A stretch of 64,000 nt of DNA, from NCBI GenBank assembly GCA_963796055.1, contig CAWCKH010000001.1, positions 96,001 through 160,000 on the forward strand, given 5' to 3'. How positions within the stretch are numbered: position 1 is the first letter of the stretch; each line of letters begins with the position of its first letter. This document shows positions 10,287 through 20,681 of the stretch, piece by piece. The position numbers and the translations under genes were made by a program. Under the pieces are notes generated by a model. The model worked only from the letters and a program-made list of their open reading frames with translations, did not search any database and had not been told where the DNA came from. The stretch is from an uncultured delta proteobacterium (GTDB taxonomy: Bacteria; Myxococcota; Myxococcia; Myxococcales; Myxococcaceae).

Positions 10287-11636
10287 ATGTTCCGAGCCAT
10301 CGTCAACGTCTTCCGGGTCGCCGAGCTCCGGTCGCGCCTCGCCTACACCCTGGCCCTGCTCGCCGTGTACCGGCTGGGCATCTTCATCAACACCCCCGGC
10401 GTGGACCGGGTGGCGATGAACGCCTACATGCAGGAGCAGAAGGCGCGCGGCGGGCTGGTGAACCTGTTCAACCTGTTCTCCGGCGGCGCGCTGGACCAGA
10501 TGTCCATCTTCGGGCTGGGGATCATGCCGTACGTCTCGGCATCGATCATCATGCAGCTGCTGACGGTGGTGGTCCCCACCCTGGAGCGGCTGCAGAAGGA
10601 AGGCGCCGCCGGCCGGCAGAAGCTGAACCAGTACACCCGCTACGGGAGCATCGTGCTCTCGGTGGTGCAGGGCATCGGCATCGCCCGCTGGCTCGCCTCG
10701 CTCGGCCGGAGCACCATCCCCGGCCGCGGGGGCGTGGAGATCGACCACGTGGTCGTCCCCAACGATTCGGTGTGGTTCACCTTCATGACGGTGATCACCC
10801 TCACTGCCGGCACCGCCTTCATCATGTGGCTCGGCGAGCGCATCACCGAGCGAGGCATCGGTAACGGCATCTCGCTCATCATCTTCGCCGGCATCGTGGC
10901 CAGGCTCCCCAGCGCCACCAGCCGCCTGGTCGAGCTGTCGGCCGACAAGGCCTGGCTCATCCCGGTGCTGGCGGTCTTCATGCTGCTGGTGGTGGGGGTC
11001 GTCGTCTACATCGAGCGCGGGATGCGGCGAATCCCGGTGCAGTACGCCAAGCGCATGGCGGGGCGGACCATGTTCGCCGGCCAGGCCACGTACTTCCCGA
11101 TCAAGGTGAATTCCGCCGGGGTGATTCCTCCCATCTTCGCCGGCGCGATCCTCAGCTTCCCGGCCACCCTGGGGAACTGGCTGCCCGGGCTGGCCACGGT
11201 GCAGCACGCGCTGGAGGGCAACGCCTGGCTCTACGACGGCGTCTTCGTGCTGCTGATCATCTTCTTCACCTACTTCTACACCACCCTGACCTTCCGGGCG
11301 GACGACGTCGCGGACAACATCAAGAAGCAGGGCGGGTACATCCCCGGCATCCGGCCGGGCCGGCAGACGGCGGAGTACATCTCGGCGGTCCTGAACCGGC
11401 TCACCTTCGGCGGGGCGATCTACCTCGCCTTCATCTGCGTCATCCCCTCCATACTCTCCAACCCGGCCTTCGGCGGGCTGCCCTTCCAGTTCGGCGGCAC
11501 GGCGCTGCTCATCGTGGTCGGCGTGGCGCTGGACACCGTCCAGCAGATCGAGGGCCACCTCATCAGCCGCAACTACGAGGGCTTCGCCGGAGCGCGGGGC
11601 CCAAGGATTCGCGGTCGACTGAGGCCCGCCGCGTAA
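10287..11636 (+). CDS. secY: Preprotein translocase subunit SecY
   Basis: SIFGLGIMPYVSASIIMQLL, GIGNGISLIIFAGI, GYIPGIRPG, GGTALLIVVGV. Confidence 0.99.
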   Translation: MFRAIVNVFRVAELRSRLAYTLALLAVYRLGIFINTPGVDRVAMNAYMQEQKARGGLVNLFNLFSGGALDQMSIFGLGIMPYVSASIIMQLLTVVVPTLERLQKEGAAGRQKLNQYTRYGSIVLSVVQGIGIARWLASLGRSTIPGRGGVEIDHVVVPNDSVWFTFMTVITLTAGTAFIMWLGERITERGIGNGISLIIFAGIVARLPSATSRLVELSADKAWLIPVLAVFMLLVVGVVVYIERGMRRIPVQYAKRMAGRTMFAGQATYFPIKVNSAGVIPPIFAGAILSFPATLGNWLPGLATVQHALEGNAWLYDGVFVLLIIFFTYFYTTLTFRADDVADNIKKQGGYIPGIRPGRQTAEYISAVLNRLTFGGAIYLAFICVIPSILSNPAFGGLPFQFGGTALLIVVGVALDTVQQIEGHLISRNYEGFAGARGPRIRGRLRPAA

Positions 11637-11669
11637 CGGCCGACGAGTTCCCTCGGGGAGGGGTGTGGC

Positions 11670-12335
11670 ATGAACCTGGTCCTGCTCGGACCACCAGGCG
11701 CGGGGAAGGGGACGCAGGCAAAGCGGCTGGCAGCCCGCTGGGGCATCCCCCACGTCTCCACCGGCGACATCCTCCGGCAGGCGGTGAAGGACGGGAGCGA
11801 GCTGGGCAAGAAGGCCGGCCCGCTGATGGCGGCCGGCAAGCTGGTCCCCGACGAGCTGGTGGTGGGAATCGTGAAGGACCGGCTGCTCCAGCCGGACGCG
11901 GCCAAGGGGTTCATCCTCGACGGCTTCCCACGGACCATCCCCCAGGCCGAGATGCTCGATCAGGGCCTGGCCAACCACGGCAGGGCGCTCGACGCGGTCA
12001 TCTCGCTCGAGGTGCCGATCGAGACCCTGGTGGAGCGGATCTCCGGCCGCAGGAGCTGCCCGCGGGACGGCAGCGTGTACCACATCGTGCAGAACCCGCC
12101 CCGGCACACCGGGGCCTGCGATCTCTGCGGCACCGCGCTGGTCCAGCGGGAGGACGACAAGGAAGAGAGCGTCCGCACCCGGATGCAGGCGTACGCGGCG
12201 TCCACCGCGCCGCTGAAGGACTTCTACGCGCGCAAGGGGCTGCTCCGGGTGGTGGACGGGGTCGGGGCGCCCGAGGCCATCGAGGCGGCCGTGGCGCAGG
12301 CGATGAAGCCTCGTGAGCTCACCCCTGGCGCATGA
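11670..12335 (+). CDS. adk: Adenylate kinase
   Basis: GPPGAGKGTQ P-loop, STGDILR, LDGFPRT, Zn-type LID (CPRD...CDLC). Confidence 0.98.
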   Translation: MNLVLLGPPGAGKGTQAKRLAARWGIPHVSTGDILRQAVKDGSELGKKAGPLMAAGKLVPDELVVGIVKDRLLQPDAAKGFILDGFPRTIPQAEMLDQGLANHGRALDAVISLEVPIETLVERISGRRSCPRDGSVYHIVQNPPRHTGACDLCGTALVQREDDKEESVRTRMQAYAASTAPLKDFYARKGLLRVVDGVGAPEAIEAAVAQAMKPRELTPGA

Positions 12336-13102
12336 CAGTCGAGCTCAAGAGCGCGCCGGAGATCGACCGGATGCGGCGCGCCGGACGGATCGTCGCGGAG
12401 ATCCTCGACGCCCTCGAGGCCGCGGTGGCGCCCGGGGTGAGCACCTGGGAGCTCGACCAGCTCGCGGAGCGGCTCATCAAGGAGAAGGGCGCCAGGAGCG
12501 CGTTCAAGGGCTACCGCGGCTTCCCGGCGGTGCTCTGCGCCTCCGTCAACCACGAGGTGGTGCACGGCATCCCGAGCAAGAGCCGGAAGCTCGTCGAGGG
12601 CGACCTCATGAAGCTCGACTTCGGCGTCTCGGTGGAAGGCTTCTACGGCGATGCGGCCCGGACCGTGCCGGTGGGCAAGGTGTCCGAGGAGGCCCGGCGG
12701 CTCTCCGAGGCCACCCGCGCCTCGCTCGAGGCCGCCATCGCCGCCATCCGGCCGGGGAACCGCATCGGGGACATCGGCCACGCCGTGCAGTCGCACGTGG
12801 AGCCGCTGGGCTTCAGCGTGGTCCGGGACTTCGTGGGCCACGGCATCGGCCGGAAGCTCCACGAGGCGCCCCAGATCCCCAACTACGGGCGTCCAGGAAC
12901 ACTGGAATCTTTGCGTCCGGGGATGGTCCTGGCCGTGGAACCCATGGTGAACGCGGGCGCCGCGGCGGTGGACGTCCTCGACGACGGCTGGACGGCGGTG
13001 ACCCTCGACGGGCGGCTGTCGGCCCACTGGGAACACACGATCCTGGTGGTCGACGGCGGGCACGAGGTGCTCACCAGGTCCCCGCGCGGGACAACGGCTT
13101 GA
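12332..13102 (+). CDS. map: Methionine aminopeptidase type I
   Basis: SVNHEVVHGIP, GHGIG, HEAPQ, EPM and SAHWEHT motifs. Confidence 0.98.
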   Translation: MTVELKSAPEIDRMRRAGRIVAEILDALEAAVAPGVSTWELDQLAERLIKEKGARSAFKGYRGFPAVLCASVNHEVVHGIPSKSRKLVEGDLMKLDFGVSVEGFYGDAARTVPVGKVSEEARRLSEATRASLEAAIAAIRPGNRIGDIGHAVQSHVEPLGFSVVRDFVGHGIGRKLHEAPQIPNYGRPGTLESLRPGMVLAVEPMVNAGAAAVDVLDDGWTAVTLDGRLSAHWEHTILVVDGGHEVLTRSPRGTTA

Positions 13103-13166
13103 AATGTCGAGGGCTCGCCGGTAGAAGAGCTTGCTTCGGCGCGCCCCGGCTGGTATGGCGGCGCGC
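13099..13166 (+). promoter_or_regulatory. Putative tandem sigma70 promoters upstream of infA/alpha operon
   Basis: TTGAAA-17-TAGAAG (13099-13127), and TTGCTT-17-TATGGC (13131-13159) followed by GC-rich GGCGCGC. Confidence 0.35.
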
Positions 13167-13238
13167 TTTCTCGTTTACGAAGGTCTGTCTGTCAAAGGGG
13201 TCGATCTGCCGAGATTTCGAAGGTCCGAGAGGGTCGTT

Positions 13239-13460
13239 GTGCCGAAGGATGATGCCATCGAGGTGGAAGGAACGGTCATCGAGCCGCTTCCCAACGCCAT
13301 GTTCCGGGTGGTCCTGGACAACGGGGGGCACAAGGTGCTCGCCCATATCTCCGGGAAAATGCGCATGCATTTCATCCGCATCCTTCCGGGCGACAAGGTG
13401 AAGCTGGAGCTGTCGCCCTACGACCTGACCCGCGGTCGCATCACCTACCGCGCCAAGTAG
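13239..13460 (+). CDS. infA: Translation initiation factor IF-1
   Basis: GTG at 13239; [18 protein letters not shown]...HISGKMR...[13 protein letters not shown]. Confidence 0.98.
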   Translation: MPKDDAIEVEGTVIEPLPNAMFRVVLDNGGHKVLAHISGKMRMHFIRILPGDKVKLELSPYDLTRGRITYRAK

Positions 13461-13534
13461 CGTCGGCACCCCATCGGGGCTCGGGAGCGAGATTTGGAAC
13501 AGCGGGGAAGGCCCGCCGGGAGTTCAGTGTCGCC

Positions 13535-13651
13535 ATGAAGGTTCGCGCGTCGGTCAAGAAAATCTGTGACAAGTGCAAGGTCATCCGCCGCAAGCGGGTC
13601 GTCCGAGTGATCTGCGCGGCCAACCCGCGCCACAAGCAGCGCCAGGGCTAG
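13535..13651 (+). CDS. rpmJ: 50S ribosomal protein L36 (absent from the ORF track)
   Basis: Translated by hand: [38 protein letters not shown]. Confidence 0.98.
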   Translation: MKVRASVKKICDKCKVIRRKRVVRVICAANPRHKQRQG

Positions 13652-13687
13652 TCGGCCAGGGCCAGGGAACGAGGAACCAGAACAAGC

Positions 13688-14080
13688 ATGGCTCGCATCG
13701 CCGGCATCGACCTCCCCCCCGCCAAGCGGGTGGTGATCTCCCTGCAGTACATCTACGGGATCGGCAACAAGACCGCGCACGACATCGTCACCAAGGCGGG
13801 CGTGGACCTGGCCACCCGGACCAAGGATCTCACCGAGGAGCAGACCCGCGCCATCCGGGAGATCATCGAGACGGACTACAAGGTCGAGGGTGATCTCCGG
13901 CGCGAGGTCACCATGAACATCAAGCGGCTGATGGACCTGGGCTGCTACCGCGGCCTGCGCCACCGGAAGGGCCTGCCCGTCCGCGGCCAGCGCACCCACA
14001 CCAACGCCCGGACCCGGAAGGGCCCCAAGCGGGGAATCATCCGCCCCAAGGCCACCGCCCCCACCACCACCCGGGCGTAA
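13688..14080 (+). CDS. rpsM: 30S ribosomal protein S13
   Basis: [10 protein letters not shown]...[19 protein letters not shown]. Confidence 0.99.
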   Translation: MARIAGIDLPPAKRVVISLQYIYGIGNKTAHDIVTKAGVDLATRTKDLTEEQTRAIREIIETDYKVEGDLRREVTMNIKRLMDLGCYRGLRHRKGLPVRGQRTHTNARTRKGPKRGIIRPKATAPTTTRA

Positions 14081-14111
14081 CCCGGTTCAGAACTGACGAG
14101 AGACCACCCGC

Positions 14112-14561
14112 ATGGCCGAAGAAGTCACGCCCCCCGCCGCAGCCCCCGCCGACGCCGCCGCTGCGGCCGCGCCCGCCACCGCCGAGAAGCGCGTCAAGCG
14201 CAAGGGCAAGAAGAACATCCTCAACGGCGTGGTGCACATCCAGAGCACCTTCAACAACACCATCATCACCATCTGCGACGTCTCGGGGAACGTGATCTCC
14301 TGGTCGTCCGCCGGCGCCCGCGGCTTCAAGGGCAGCCGCAAGTCGACGCCCTTCGCCGCCCAGGTGGCCGCCGGTGACGCCGCGGCCAAGGCGATGGAGC
14401 ACGGGCTGAAGAACGTGACGGTGATGGTGAAGGGCCCGGGCGCCGGCCGCGAGTCGGCCCTGCGCGCGCTGGCCGCCGCCGGCCTGAAGATCTCGCTGAT
14501 CCGCGACGTGACCCCCATCCCTCACAACGGATGCCGGCAGCCGAAGCGCCGCCGCGTCTAG
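14112..14561 (+). CDS. rpsK: 30S ribosomal protein S11 (Ala-rich N-terminal extension)
   Basis: [12 protein letters not shown]...[14 protein letters not shown]...[11 protein letters not shown]. Confidence 0.99.
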   Translation: MAEEVTPPAAAPADAAAAAAPATAEKRVKRKGKKNILNGVVHIQSTFNNTIITICDVSGNVISWSSAGARGFKGSRKSTPFAAQVAAGDAAAKAMEHGLKNVTVMVKGPGAGRESALRALAAAGLKISLIRDVTPIPHNGCRQPKRRRV

Positions 14562-14583
14562 ACCACCTCCCGGGAGAACTGAT

Positions 14584-15210
14584 TTGGCCCGCTACACCGC
14601 CAGCGCCTGCCGCATCTGCCGCCGCGAAAACCTCAAGATGTACCTGAAGGGAGACCGCTGCTACACCGACAAGTGCGCCATCGAGCGCCGCCCGTACCCC
14701 CCGGGACAGCACGGCCAGGGCCGGGTGAAGTTCAGCGGCTACGGCACCCAGCTCCGCGAGAAGCAGAAGGTCAAGCGGATGTACGGCCTGCTCGAGTCCC
14801 AGTTCCGCGGGTCGTTCCGCCGCGCCGCCCACGCCAAGGGCAAGACCGGTGAGACCCTGCTCCAGCTGCTCGAGCTCCGCCTGGACAACGTGGTGTTCCG
14901 GATGGGCTTTGCCGACACCCGGGCCGAGGCCCGACAGCTGGTGCGGCACGGTCACTTCACGATCAATGGCAAGCGGGTGAACATCCCCAGCTTCGAGGTG
15001 AAGCCCGGCACGGTCGTCGAGGTGGCGGAGAAGAGCCGGAAGATGATTCGCATCGCCGAGGCGCTGGAGACCGTGGACCGGCGCGGCGTGCCGCAGTGGA
15101 TCGACCTGGACAAGAAGGCCATGAAGGGCACGGTGAAGAGCGTCCCCAACCGCGAGGACCTCACCATGCCGATCCAGGAACAGCTGATCGTCGAGCTTTA
15201 CAGCAAGTAG
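14584..15210 (+). CDS. rpsD: 30S ribosomal protein S4
   Basis: CRICRRE...PGQHG...LREKQK...[13 protein letters not shown]...IVELYSK; TTG start. Confidence 0.99.
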   Translation: MARYTASACRICRRENLKMYLKGDRCYTDKCAIERRPYPPGQHGQGRVKFSGYGTQLREKQKVKRMYGLLESQFRGSFRRAAHAKGKTGETLLQLLELRLDNVVFRMGFADTRAEARQLVRHGHFTINGKRVNIPSFEVKPGTVVEVAEKSRKMIRIAEALETVDRRGVPQWIDLDKKAMKGTVKSVPNREDLTMPIQEQLIVELYSK

Positions 15211-15304
15211 CAGCGTGCAGTGGCAGTGACGGAGCGCGTCCTCCCGTCATCCGGACGGGTACGTTGGTGACGCCGCTTCCGAAGGAAAGAAGGAAGAAGC
15301 AACC

Positions 15305-16333
<1,029 letters not shown>

Positions 16334-16415
16334 GGTGGTTCACCGGCCCTTCCCCGGCAGGGGAGGGGCCTTCGGCCCGGGTACCTGACACGGCCCGGGA
16401 AAGGACGGGAAGACG

Positions 16416-16802
16416 ATGCGTCACCGCGTCGGACAGAGGAAGCTGCAGAAGACCACCAGCCACCGGCTGGCGATGCTGGACAACATGGTCACCTCGCTGC
16501 TCGAGCACGAGGCGATCAAGACCACCGTGCCCAAGGCCAAGGAGGCCCGGCGGCTGGCCGAGCGGATCATCACCCTCGGCAAGCGCGGGGGCCTGGCCAA
16601 CGTCCGGCTGGCGGAGCGCAACGTGCGCAGCCGCTCCGTGCTGCAGAAGGTCTTCGGCGAGCTCAAGGACCGCTACGCCAGCCGTCCCGGCGGCTACACC
16701 CGCATCGTCCGCCTGGGCTTCCGCACCGGTGACGCGGCGGAGATGGCGCTGCTGGAGCTCGTGGACCGCCCGGCCAAGGCCGAGGCCGAGAAGAAGGAGT
16801 AG
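16416..16802 (+). CDS. rplQ: 50S ribosomal protein L17
   Basis: MRHR...SHRLAM...[10 protein letters not shown]...RPGGYTRIV. Confidence 0.99.
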   Translation: MRHRVGQRKLQKTTSHRLAMLDNMVTSLLEHEAIKTTVPKAKEARRLAERIITLGKRGGLANVRLAERNVRSRSVLQKVFGELKDRYASRPGGYTRIVRLGFRTGDAAEMALLELVDRPAKAEAEKKE

Positions 16803-16816
16803 GGCGGCGTCAGGCG

Positions 16817-17410
16817 CTACTGGGGCATGCCCTCCTTGAGGAGGAGGACGCTTCCCTTCCGGGTGTGGAGCTCGATGTCGGTCGCCTTGAGATTGAAGGG
16901 CGCGAGCTTGCCGTTGTCGCCCATCAGCTGCTTGGGGGTGATGGTCACGAAGGCCCGCGGCTCCACATGACTGATCGCCGCCCGGTAGCTGTGGTTCACC
17001 ACCACCACCACCTCCTCCCAGGCCCGGTCGCTCTCGTTGGAGAGCACGTAGGCCGGGTGCTCGCTCTCCTCGCCCATGATCAGCCGGGCACCCAGGGAGG
17101 CGCTCGGGCCGATGAGCGTCGGGGCGCCGGGGCAGGCGACGAAGACTCCGGCCAGGCTCAGCACCGCCCAGGCGCCGAGGATGGCCGCCTTGAACTTGAA
17201 GTACCGGTCCGCGTTGCGGAAGTCCTCCCAGGTCTCCCGGAGGATGGCGACGACGTTGAGGGCGGTGCTCTCGGCCTCGGAGCGAATCCGGGTCTGCAGC
17301 GGCAGCCCGTCCTCGTCCAGCGGCAGGGGCTCACCGCGGGTCGCGCTCACCGTGCGTCCGGCGAGCAGCGCGGCTTGGTGGGGCGGCAAGTTCCGTCCGG
17401 GTGGTCGCAT
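16817..17410 (-). CDS. Hypothetical single-pass membrane protein
   Basis: Protein-like ORF with one TM segment (AAILGAWAVLSLAGVFVAC); start uncertain. Confidence 0.7.
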   Translation of the reverse strand: MRPPGRNLPPHQAALLAGRTVSATRGEPLPLDEDGLPLQTRIRSEAESTALNVVAILRETWEDFRNADRYFKFKAAILGAWAVLSLAGVFVACPGAPTLIGPSASLGARLIMGEESEHPAYVLSNESDRAWEEVVVVVNHSYRAAISHVEPRAFVTITPKQLMGDNGKLAPFNLKATDIELHTRKGSVLLLKEGMPQ

Positions 17411-17541
17411 GCGGCCGGAGGTGAGTCTACACGAGACCAATCCACCGGCCTGCCCTGTCCGCCCGCGCCCCCGGGTGCTGTAGTCATGGACCGCGTGTTC
17501 CCGGACCTGGTCTCCAGCACCTCGAAGGGAGTCCCCGCGCC

Positions 17542-18717
17542 GTGAAGGAGGTCTACATCGTCGCCACCGAGGACGCCGAGCCGCTCGGCCCGGATGCCAT
17601 CGGAGAGGCGTTCGAGACGGACGACGTCACGGTGGAGCTGGAGGAGACCCCGGGGAGCTTCCGGCTGCGGTCGGCGGAGGCGCAGATCGCCGTCCGTTTC
17701 GAGGCGCTGGAGTCCCCGCTCGGCTGGACCCCGGAGCTGCTGACCGGAAGCGAGGGCGCCCATGCCCGGCTCCGACGCGCCCGGGGGCTCTACCGGGTCG
17801 CGTACGAGACGCCGCCCGGAAGCCAGCCCACGGTGGGGGTGTTCGAGGCGCTGTGGTGCGTACGTGGCCTGCTGGAGCGGCGGGAAGGGGTGCTCCTGGA
17901 TGCCAGCGCCTTCAAGCTGCACGAGGAGGACGACGTCCGGGAGATCACCGAGCTGGACTTCGACATCCGCGACCACGTGAACCTCCACGCGGTGGAGGCC
18001 GCCCCGGGAGATGCACCGCTGTGGGTGCACTCGCACGGGATGGCCAAGTTCGGGCAACGGGACGTGGAGATCTTCCACCTCTCCGAGGCGGACCTGCTCC
18101 CGGCGGAGAGCTTCCTGCACGAGCTGTGCACCGACCTGGCCTTCGGCGAGGGCCCGGTCCCGCGGACGCCGATGGAGACCAGCAACGGCGAGGGCTTCAT
18201 GCTGGTGTCCTCCGAGGAGGCCCGGCTGGGGATGCTCGGCGTCCCGATGGAGACCTTCGAGGAGCACGAGGGCGAGTACTGGACCGTCGTTTCCCCCGAG
18301 GGGCGGCACACCACCTCGGAGCTGCTCCGCCCCTACCGGAGCCGCTTCGAGCAGGAGGACCCGACCCGCTCGGAGGCGCTGGCCTCGCAGGCGGCGCGGC
18401 TGCGGCCGGCGTTCAAGGCGCGGTTCCACCGCCGGGGGCTGATGGAGCCGCTCACCTTCCTCGTCCGGGCACCGTTCGAGACCCACCCGGACGGGGAGGC
18501 GATCCAGGAGAACCTCTGGCTCGAGGTGCTGGCCTGGGAGGAGGGGCGGATCACCGGAAAGCTGGTGGATGGCGCTGCCCAGACCACGGAGTGGCGAAAG
18601 GGGGCGGCGGTGGAGATCGACGAGGACGCGGTGAACGCCGTCGCCATGGGCCGGGACGGACGTCCCCTCGAGGACGAGGAGATGCAGGGCGTGCTCCTCG
18701 CCGAGCGTCCGATGTGA
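17542..18717 (+). CDS. Acidic conserved protein with C-terminal DUF2314-like domain
   Basis: LWVHSHGMAKFG motif and C-terminal ENLWLEVLAWEEGRITGKL; AAGGGAG upstream. Confidence 0.65.
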   Translation: MKEVYIVATEDAEPLGPDAIGEAFETDDVTVELEETPGSFRLRSAEAQIAVRFEALESPLGWTPELLTGSEGAHARLRRARGLYRVAYETPPGSQPTVGVFEALWCVRGLLERREGVLLDASAFKLHEEDDVREITELDFDIRDHVNLHAVEAAPGDAPLWVHSHGMAKFGQRDVEIFHLSEADLLPAESFLHELCTDLAFGEGPVPRTPMETSNGEGFMLVSSEEARLGMLGVPMETFEEHEGEYWTVVSPEGRHTTSELLRPYRSRFEQEDPTRSEALASQAARLRPAFKARFHRRGLMEPLTFLVRAPFETHPDGEAIQENLWLEVLAWEEGRITGKLVDGAAQTTEWRKGAAVEIDEDAVNAVAMGRDGRPLEDEEMQGVLLAERPM

Positions 18718-19631
18718 TGGAGGTCCGGCTCTCCGAGGAGGTCGCCGAGGCACGCGCGCGCGCTGCTCCCATCGTCGTGCTCGAGTCCTCGGTCATCGCC
18801 CAGGGGCTGCCGCACCCGGTCAACCTCGAGGCCGCCCGGGCCAGCGAGGAGGCCGTCCGGCGGTCGGGCGCAGTGCCGGCGGTGGTGGCGGTGATCGACG
18901 GCGTCGTCCGCTGCGGACTTTCCACGGACGAGGTCCGCCGGCTGGCGAGCGGCCCGGACCGACCCTGGAAGGTGGGGGTGGGCGAGCTGGCCTCCGCCGT
19001 GCTCCAGAAAGCCAGCGGCGGGACGACGGTGAGCGCCACCTGTGCGGTGGCCGCCGAGTGCGGGCTGCCCCTCTTCGCCACCGGTGGCATCGGGGGCGTG
19101 CACCGAGGCGAGGTGGGGGACATCTCGGCAGACCTCGGTGCGCTGGCGCGCTACCCGGGGATGGTGGTCTGCACCGGGGCGAAGAGCGTGCTGGACCTGC
19201 CCCGGACGCTCGAGGCGCTGGAGGCGCTCGGGGTGCCGGTGTTCGGCTTCGGGAGCAGCGAGTTCCCGGCCTTCTACGCCGATCGGTCGGGCCTGCAGCT
19301 GGAGCACCGGGCAGACACCCCCCAGCTCGCCGCCGAGGCGCTCCATGCCCAGCGCGACCGGCTCGGGCTGAAGCAGGCGATTCTCCTCACCGTGCCGCCG
19401 CCGCCGGAGGTGGCGCTGGACCGGGACGAGCTGGACCGGGCGCTGGTGGCCGCGGAGGCCGAGGCCAGGCGGCAGGGGGTCACGGGGAAGGCGGTGACCC
19501 CGTTCCTCCTGGCAAGGTTGGTGGAGGCGACCGGCGGGCGGACGCTCCGGGCGAACGTGGCGCTCCTGGCGAAGAACGCGCGGGTGGCCGGGGAGATCGC
19601 CGTGGCCTACGCACGGATGCGGACAGCCTGA
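18717..19631 (+). CDS. psuG: Pseudouridine-5'-phosphate glycosidase
   Basis: LESSVIAQGLP, GGTTVSAT, FATGGIGGVHRG, DISADL, GAKSVLD, GKAVTPFLL; TGATG overlap with upstream gene. Confidence 0.93.
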   Translation: MEVRLSEEVAEARARAAPIVVLESSVIAQGLPHPVNLEAARASEEAVRRSGAVPAVVAVIDGVVRCGLSTDEVRRLASGPDRPWKVGVGELASAVLQKASGGTTVSATCAVAAECGLPLFATGGIGGVHRGEVGDISADLGALARYPGMVVCTGAKSVLDLPRTLEALEALGVPVFGFGSSEFPAFYADRSGLQLEHRADTPQLAAEALHAQRDRLGLKQAILLTVPPPPEVALDRDELDRALVAAEAEARRQGVTGKAVTPFLLARLVEATGGRTLRANVALLAKNARVAGEIAVAYARMRTA

Positions 19632-19655
19632 GGCTGCGAGGCCGCGGCCGGCCGA

Positions 19656-20585
19656 TCACCGGAATCGCTGGAACCAGCGGACGGAGTCCTCGTCGCGCTC
19701 CCGTGCCCGGCCCGAGAGGGTGTGCCCCTCTCCGTGAAACATCTTCAGCTCGTAGGGTTTCCCGAGCGCCTGGAGCGCCTCGGCCATCCGGAGCGACTGC
19801 TCCGGTGGGCAGAGCCGGTCCGCCGTTCCATGCATGATCAGGATGGGCGCCGTGATGCGCTCGGGCCAGCGAAGCGCCGACCGGCGCTCGACGAGCGCGG
19901 CCCGGTCCGACTGGAGCTCGTGCGGCCAGATCCGCGCGGCCATCTCCATCCCCCCGGACGCGGCGAGCATGCCCTCGAGATCGGTGAACCCGCCGAACAC
20001 GGCCGCGGCCCGCGCTCGGAAGCCGCTCCGGAGCGCCTGGTACACCATCATCCCCCCGCGCGACTCGCCGTACAGGTAGACGCGCCCCGCGTCGACTCCA
20101 GGCGTCGCCTTCAGGACCGCGCCGATGTTGAGCAGGTCGTCCAGGTCCGCTCCCCCCAGCTCGTCACGACCCGGAGCGCCGCCGCTCCCCCGGTACATCG
20201 GCGCCACCACGACGTAGCCGGCCCTGGCGAGGCGGTTGGCCATCACCAGCAGCTGCGCGTGGAACTCCGGCCAGGTCCAGCTGCCGCGGCTGAACACGAT
20301 GACCGGCAGAGGCCGGGAGGGGGCCACGGTCGGGCGGTAGACATACGCAAGGACCGTCAGGTTGTCGCTCGGGTAGCTGACCCGCTCCATGGTGAAGCGA
20401 TGGTCCGCCACCGCTGCCTGGTACGCCTTCCGGGTGGCATAGGCATCGAGGTGGGGCACGGCCTCGTACACCGGGAACCGGATCGCTCGGGCCTGGCCTG
20501 GCGGCTCGCCGGCCTGCGGCGAGCGGACCCCGAGCAGCGTTGCTGCGAGCAGCAAGAGGGTGACGTCGGCCTGGAGCTTCCTCAC
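19656..20585 (-). CDS. Secreted S9-family (prolyl oligopeptidase-like) alpha/beta hydrolase
   Basis: Signal peptide, GESRGG nucleophile elbow, HGTADR and EGH triad motifs. Confidence 0.85.
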   Translation of the reverse strand: MRKLQADVTLLLLAATLLGVRSPQAGEPPGQARAIRFPVYEAVPHLDAYATRKAYQAAVADHRFTMERVSYPSDNLTVLAYVYRPTVAPSRPLPVIVFSRGSWTWPEFHAQLLVMANRLARAGYVVVAPMYRGSGGAPGRDELGGADLDDLLNIGAVLKATPGVDAGRVYLYGESRGGMMVYQALRSGFRARAAAVFGGFTDLEGMLAASGGMEMAARIWPHELQSDRAALVERRSALRWPERITAPILIMHGTADRLCPPEQSLRMAEALQALGKPYELKMFHGEGHTLSGRARERDEDSVRWFQRFR

Positions 20586-20681
20586 GGTTCAGAGGGGACG
20601 GCGCGGGGGGCGGACGATTGCGGCCGGAGAACAGGTCCATCGCGGTGGACGGGAGAGGGGGCAGCCGTCCGCGTGGAGCCT

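Noticed and set aside
14075..14090. Additional LexA boxes at other GTTCAG sites (also near 13527, 20592, 40909, 57178)
   Set aside because: The CTR half-site and spacer pattern do not match
16345..16378. Terminator between rpoA and rplQ
   Set aside because: A strong hairpin is present but no U-tract follows, and rplQ is normally co-transcribed
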